Positions 53,031-60,877 of a DNA stretch of 64,000 bases are shown here, one piece after another. The notes beneath the pieces are model-generated. The model saw only the letters and a program-made list of their open reading frames with translations, was not told where the DNA came from and ran no database searches. Source of the DNA: Octopus sinensis (lineage: Eukaryota); NCBI RefSeq assembly GCF_006345805.1, contig NC_043020.1, forward strand, positions 8,308,001-8,372,000, written 5' to 3'. Made by a program: the position numbers and the translations under genes. The number at the start of each line of letters is the position of its first letter. The stretch's first letter is position 1.

Positions 53031-54621
53031 GGGAAAGTTTACGAAAAAAACAAAAGACGAAGACAGGTGGTGTACAAAACAAACAGATGTATTAGTATCA
53101 AATCCATTCATAAGGCCTTGATAAGCTCAAGGCTTTAGTAGAAGATGCTATCCCAAGGTGCAACACACTTGAATGAACCTGAAACTACACAGTCGCAAAG
53201 CAAGGTTCTTGACCACACAGCTTCTTCGTTTTTGTTTTTATTTTCCAAATATCTTATAACATCCTTCCTTTATTACTCTCCTCTCACCTCCCCCTTCTTG
53301 TATTTGTAGGAAGAAACCCAACAAAACCAGTGAAGATTCCTGTGATGCTCCACCTGTAAGTTCTTGGTTTACCATTCCTTTAGAACATGTTCCTGTAATA
53401 TTGTGTTTTGGGACAGTCATTATGCCAATAATAATAACACACACACACTGGTTCAATATCACTTTATTATTAGCCAAATATTTTCCTCTCTGGCCAACCT
53501 CTCATCAACTTTTTCAAGTATAACTTGAAAAGGAAGGTGAGAGTAGAGATGGAAGTTTTGTCAAATGAAAAGTTTAATAAAAGGTGGGTGAATGTGGCAA
53601 GGATGGTACGCATGAAAAATGGACCCACTTTGAGCATGTACCTGTATAACAAAAAGAGAAAGGGTGCTTTGCTCTCATGTTTTTTTCCGAGGTTACCGTG
53701 ATGTTTTTTCGAAGGTTTTTCTTTCTACAGATAACCTTAGTCAGTGTTATATTTTCTCCCCCTTTTGGGAATTTCTGCTGTTAAAACATTACAGTGTTAT
53801 CTCTTTGTGTACACGTCTCAAAGCGTTTTTGATCCCTATTAATCGGTTTTGAAAAGAAAAATTCTACATTGTATTGTTCCCTCTGTGTTTGGCCCTGCGT
53901 GGCTTAAGAAAGAAATCTATTACCAGTTAACTTCTCAATTATTTGTTTAATGTGCTGGTTAAACAATCAATCGATTAGTTAGTTGGTTTGATATTTAACC
54001 AATTAACTTATAATAAAGAAGTGATATTAAACCAGTGCATGTGTTGTTATTGGTGTAGTGACACTCTCAAGACAAGATTAGTTTCAACACATAAATTCAC
54101 ATCATGGATCTTGCAGACCAAATACAAAACCAAAGTAATGTCATTGTAATGTGTCATAGTTTAACAGTCTTCTGAATTTAAATTACTTCATTAGCAATGC
54201 AGTAATTAATTAAGAAATATATAATGCAGATCAATAACTCCAAAGGGATAGAAAGAAAAAGTAATTAGTATTTTAAGCACAAAACAGACCTCCTGCTTCA
54301 GATTATCTTCTCAATTTTAGATTTTTAAAAAATTGATGCTTGTTTCCCAACCACATGGTTCAGGGTTCAGTCCCACTTCATGGCACCTTGGACAAATGTC
54401 TTCTATTATAGCCTCAGACAAACCAAAGTGTCATGAGTGGATTTGGTAGAGGGAAACTTAAAGAAGCCCATTGCTGGTGGTATGTAAGAAAATCAACCTT
54501 TAAACGTTGGGCCTCACAGAGGCAAAGTGGGTGCGCACGCACCTATATATATATATATATATATGAGTTTTGATTCCTGGACATTGTGTAACACCACCTT
54601 GGGTCTTCTTGATACCAATAC

Positions 54622-54655
<34 letters not shown>

Positions 54656-55882
54656 TAACCACTAAACCTTTTTTTTTATTTTCTCTCTCTGTTTATTTCT
54701 GTGTTCCTTTCTGACGAAGAGCATAGGCTCGAAACATAAAAGACTTTCTCACTTCCCGAGCGTTAAACTAGTACATCCGTTTGTTGTTTACACACCTGTC
54801 TTCGTCTTTTGTTTATTTTTTTGTAAATTTCAACTATATATACATATGCATATAAATACATGGTATATTGTGGGTACATGTTATACATTCCAAAGCACCT
54901 TAAGGTACACAGACAGTGCACCCTTGTACCTTATAATAGTGGAAAACTATTCCAAACTGGTATAGTTTCATCTCCTGGATACAAATTTATTGTTTATTTT
55001 GCTGCAGGAAAATACTTCAGGGTCGGGTTCACAGGTGGACAGCAGCAAAGAAGGTAAAGAAGGTACCCCGAATACTGTTGACCTTCTTAGCTATCACCAG
55101 TATTTCAGGTATGTTTCTTTTCTTTTTCACCTGGATTTTTTACCTTTGTTATTTAAAGAGTTCATAATATATTTAGTCTGTTTGAAACTATGTGCTAAGT
55201 CAACCTCACTCTGTAAAGGACATGGTAAATATATATAAACATGTGGTCTAGTGGTTAGGATTCCTGGCTTTCACCCAGGCGGCCCGGGTTCAATTCCCGG
55301 CATGGGAACGCTAGATTTTAAGGCCGATGCCAGCGCCGCCTCAACTGGCTTCCGTGCAGGTGGCACGTAAAATGCACCAATCCGACCGTGGCCGATGCCA
55401 GCCTCGCCTGGCACCAGTGCAGGTAGCACGTAAAAAGCACCCACTACATTCACAGAGTGGTTGGCGTTAGGAAGGGCATCCAGCTGTAGAAACATTGCCA
55501 GATAAGACCGGAGCCTGGTGCAGCCTTCTGGCTTCCCAGATCCCCGGTCGAACCGTCCAACCCATGCTAGCATGGAGAACGGACGTTAAATGATGATGAG
55601 GGCAAGTTTAATTATTTCTCTCTGAGTGAAGGAAAATGATGATAGATACATATTTACATATGTGTGTGTGTGTATGTAAGTTTATGTGTCTATATGTATA
55701 TATAGATCATCATCATCATCATTTGGGATCTGTTTTACATGCTGGCATGTGTTAGATGGCTTAACCGGAACTGGTAAATCAGAGAACTGCACCAGGTTCC
55801 AGTCTGATCTGGCAGGATTTCTACAATTGTATCCCCTTCCTAGTGCCAACCACTCCAAGGGTGAAGTCTTTTATATATCCTG

Positions 55883-55967
<85 letters not shown>

Positions 55968-55984
55968 ATATATATATATATATA

Positions 55985-56016
<32 letters not shown>

Positions 56017-56517
56017 TACTGCCTGATTGGCACCCATACCAGTGTGGCACATAAAAAGGACCATTAAAGCGTGATCATTGCCAGTGCCGCCTGACTGGCT
56101 CTCATGCCATTGTCACATAAAAAGCACCCACTAACACTCTCGGAATGGTTGGCATTAGGAAGGGCATCCAGCTGTAGAAACTTTGCCAGATCAGACTGGA
56201 GCCTGGTGCAGCCATCTGGTTCGCCAGCCCACAGTCAAACCATCCAACCCATGCCAGCATGGAAAGCATACATTAAACGACGATGATGATAATGATGAGA
56301 GAGAGAGAGAGAGAGAGAGCACAAAAATGAAGTAAAAAAAAAAACTAACGAGCCAAGGAAATTGATATACGTTTATATTTCTTTTGATTTTGTTTTTCTT
56401 TTTTATCTAATTACCAGAGAATTAACGATTGATGTTTTAGACATTCTGTTGGTTGGCAAAATCACGAGTAAAGATCTTGATTCCCAAATGAACACAGAGG
56501 TTTGTCTTACTTTCACA

Positions 56518-56559
<42 letters not shown>

Positions 56560-56649
56560 CCTTTCTCTCTCTCTCTCTTCCCTTTCTCTCTCTCTCTCTT
56601 CCTTCCTCTCTCTCTCTCTCTCTTCCTCCCTCCCCCTCTCTCTCTCTTC

Positions 56650-56683
<34 letters not shown>

Positions 56684-59600
56684 TCTCTCTCTCCCTCCCT
56701 CTCTCTCTTCCTCCCTCCCCTTCTCCCTTCCCTTTCTCTCTCTCTTCCTCCCTCCCTCCCCCTCTCTCTTCCCTTTCTCTCTTCCTCCCTCCCTCCCTCT
56801 CTCTCTTCCTCCCCCCCTCTCTCTCTCTCCCCTTCTCTCTCTCTCTTCCTCCCTCCCTCTCTCTCTTTTCCTCCCTCCCTCCCTCTCTTCCTTTCTCTCT
56901 CTCTCTCTATCATTCTGTATTTCTCTTTCTCACCTGCACTCTCTTTCTTGCCTGTCTCTCTCTCTCTCTTTTCTTCTCCCTCTTTCACTTTCTCTCTACT
57001 ACTCTATCTCTTACTCTCCTCTCTCTTACACTCAAGTCAATAAAGACTACAACTAATAATGATTGAATAATGTGTCAGTTTTTTTCTTTTTTTTTTCTTT
57101 ACAATAAAATACCAGTCATATACTGGGGAAGGGAGGTCAGTATAAATGATTATTCCTTCTCCCAAAATATGTCACTGCTTGAAATCATCTCATCATTCTC
57201 TATTATTATTATTATTATTATTAAGGTGCTGAGCTGGCAGAATCATTAGCACGCCAGGCAAAATGCTTTCAAACTTTCAGGGTCAATAAATTAAGTACCA
57301 GTGATGCACTGGGGTTGTTGTGATCGACTAGTCCCCTCCCGCAAAATTTCAGGCCTTGTGCCTTTAGTAGAAAGGATTATTATTATTATAATTATTATTA
57401 TTATTATGTTTGTTTGTTTTTCTCCTTTTCCTGAAGACCCAGAGGGAAGTGAAGATTGAACCTCCACAGGTGGAATTCTTGCTGAAGGACCTCACTCATA
57501 AACTCCAACATGCGTTCCAAGCCTCACAACCAAAGAAGATATTTTTCAGTAAGGTAAATAACAAAAATAAATAAAATACATAAAATACAAATATAAGATC
57601 AAAGGAAATGGAATTTCATTCGATTTCTGTAAATATGTTTTCATGTTTAATTTTTTTTTATTGCTATGTGTTGATTTTGTTTAATTTTTAATTTGAAGTA
57701 ACTTTAGATGTCTTTTTTTTAATTTTTTAATGACTTTTTGAGAGGTGGGGAACCATTCTCCACTCCCTCCCTATTGAGCCCTTTTTTAGGGTTTCTGTGT
57801 TTGGTGAGTGAAAGGAAAGAAATGAATGGTGAGCTGGCAGAAACGTTAGCATGCCGGGCGAAATGCTTTGTGGTATTTCATCCGCCGCTGCATTCTGAGT
57901 TCAAATTCCGCCGAGGTCGACTTTACCTTTCATCCTTCGGGACCGATAAATTAAGTACCAGTTACGCACTGGGGTCGATGTAATCAACTTAATCCATTTG
58001 TCTGTCCTTGTTTGTCCCCTCTATGTTCAGTCCCTTGTGGGTAGTAAAGAAATAAGACTTATATATTGTTATTCTTTGTAGGACACTGGAAATAAAAACA
58101 TTGGATTCACTTTACTCAACCAGAAAAGTCCAGAAGATGTTGCAAAGAAAACCATCCATTTGCTGCCAGCACTTTGCCAACAGCTGGAAGGGGCAAGTGC
58201 TTTTTTCCAGGTAAGTCGGAATTAAAGACGTCCTGAGATGATTTGACAGGTGACAGGTTGTTGGTGTTGAACTCCTGGATAGGAAGGTTGGATAAAAGTA
58301 TATCAAATACCGTACAAGATAAATTATCTTTTTGTTATTTGTTAATTTCAGTCATTGGATAGCAGCCATGCTGGGGGGGGGGTCACTTCCTTGAAGGGTC
58401 AAAGAAGTTGGCCCCATTACTGCTACGTACCCTATCAGTCTCTTTTGCCAAATCACTAAATTGAGGGGACATAAACAAATCTACACCAATTGTCAAGTAG
58501 TGGTAAGGAAAACACACAGATACACACGTGTATGTATGTATGTATGTATATATATATATATGTGTGTGTATATCATTCAGCATCTGTTTTTCATGCTGGC
58601 ATGGGTTAGATGGTTTGACTGGAACTTGTAAGCCAGAAAGCTGTACCAGGCTCCAGTCTGATTTTGGCATGGTTTCTACAGCTGAATGCCATTCCTAGCA
58701 CCAACCACTTCAAGAGCATAGAAGGTGTCTTTTACGTGTCCTGTATCAATGTTGCCATGGTTTTAAATTATAATTCCCTAAGCACTCCTTGTTTTACGAA
58801 TATGTCTCTCACTGCTGCCATGGAGTGGCTGTGTGGTAAGTAGCTTGCTTAACAACCACATGGTTCTGGGTTCAGTCCCACTGCGTGGCACCATGGGCAA
58901 GTGTCTTCTACTATAGCCTCGGGCTAACCAAAGCCTTGTGAGTGGATTTGGTAGATGGAAACTGGAAGAAGCCTGTCGTATATATTGTATGTGTGTGTAT
59001 ATGTTTGTGTGTCTTTGTCCCTCAACATCGTTTGACAACCGATGGTGATGTGTTTACGTCCCTGTAACTTAGCGGTTCAGCAAAAGAGACCGATAGAATA
59101 AGTACTAGGCTTACAATGAATAAATCCTGGGATCGATTTGCTCGACTAAAGGCAGTGCTCCAGCATGGCTGCTTTTTACATGCCACTGGCACAGGGGCCA
59201 AAGGGGGCTATCATCGACCGCAATCAGATCTGAGGCCTCCTTCAGTCATGACTGACCATGGGTTTGCACCTAGAAAGTTACCCTCCCAGGAACAATTTTT
59301 AGCACATCAACCTGTCACGGGTCACTCTGATCTCTTCCCCCTATACCCCTACCACTCCCCCTCCTCCTCCTCTCTACCGTTATCTCCTTCCCCCATTCTA
59401 ACACCACCTTCTCCTCTCTTACTATTTCAGGCCCTAATCGCCAGTAACGATGGAATCATGGACAGCCTCTGTCAGCAAACCAACGAAGTCTCCTGCGTTG
59501 TGGCTTGTTTCCAGCTCCTCCTTGAGGTCTTTCACAGCTTGTTCTCTTGGTAAATAAATGACTAATTCCTCCTCTTTACTAGCCTGGCTGGGCGGGGTGC

Positions 59601-60839
59601 GCATGGTGGCAGGGGCAGTCTGCCTTGGGTGGAACTTTTAAAGGGGTGGCACTTTAGGGTCTGCTGAAGGTAATAGTAGAAAGGATTATTATTATTATTA
59701 TTATTATAAGGCAGCAACCTGGCAGAATCGTTAGCAGTGTTTCATCCATCCTTACATCCTGAGTTCAGATTCCACTGAGACTGACTCTGACTTCCATCCT
59801 TTTGGGGTCGATAAAATAAGTACCAGTGAAACACTGGGGTCAAAAATTTACTAATTTATATATATTATGATATTTAATATAATATTATATAATTTGTATA
59901 CAATACTATAATCATCATCATCATCATCATCGTTTAACATCCATTTTCCATGCTGGCATGGGCTGGACGTTCGACTGGGGTCTGGGAAGCCAGGAGGTTG
60001 CGCCTGGCTCCAGTCTGGTCTGGTAGTGTTTCTACAGCTGGATGCCCTTCCTAATGCCAACCACACTGAGAGTGTACTTGGGGCTGTTTACATGCCACCA
60101 GCACAGAAGCCAGTCAAGGCGGCGCTGGCATCGACCATGTTCGATAAATTCATAGCATCCCCCAATCCGTTGCCTTCCTCCCAATGCTGCCTTTTTCTCT
60201 ACTGCTGCTCACCAGGGGGCAGTAGTGCCTACTTTGAAAACCTATGTTGTTGATGGTGATGAGTGTGATGTTGATGGTTGTGAAATAAATGATAGAAAAG
60301 GTTGTTGTATTCATTTGATGGGGGTGGGAGTGTTGTGATGATGATGATGATGATGTCTAATTGTTAATCTCAACTTTTCCAGGAAAGACATTGACAGTCC
60401 AAAGAACACAAAACTATTCAACTCTGCTCTCTCCATTCTTGCCACCAGAATCAACCCCTCAGATTCTACCTGTCTCCCACAGCAACAGAGCATCAAGTGA
60501 GTAATAAAGACTATTGTTGTTGTTGTTGTTTAAAAATAGAGGAATACATAACCACACACACACACACACACACACACACTCTCTCATGCATATCTGAGTA
60601 TATGTATTCCTGAATATATATACGCTTTACGCTTTTACTTGTTTCAGTCATTTGACTGTGGCCATGCTGGAGCACCACCTTTAATCGAGCAACTCGACCC
60701 CGGGACTTATTCTTTGTAAGCCCAGTACTTATTCTATCGGTCTCTTTTGCCGAACCGCTAAGTAACAGGGACTTAAACACACCAGCGTCGGTTGTCAAGC
60801 AATGCTAGGGGAACAAACACAGATACACAAACATACACA

Positions 60840-60877
<38 letters not shown>

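Noticed and set aside
53690-53750. Possible tenth hammerhead on - strand (CTGACTAA..CGAAA)
   Set aside because: Core mutated, with no credible helix III, cleavage triplet or helix I.
56362-57066. Long ORFs (234/184/183 aa) on both strands
   Set aside because: Apart from exon 28, they are translations of CT/GA low-complexity sequence.
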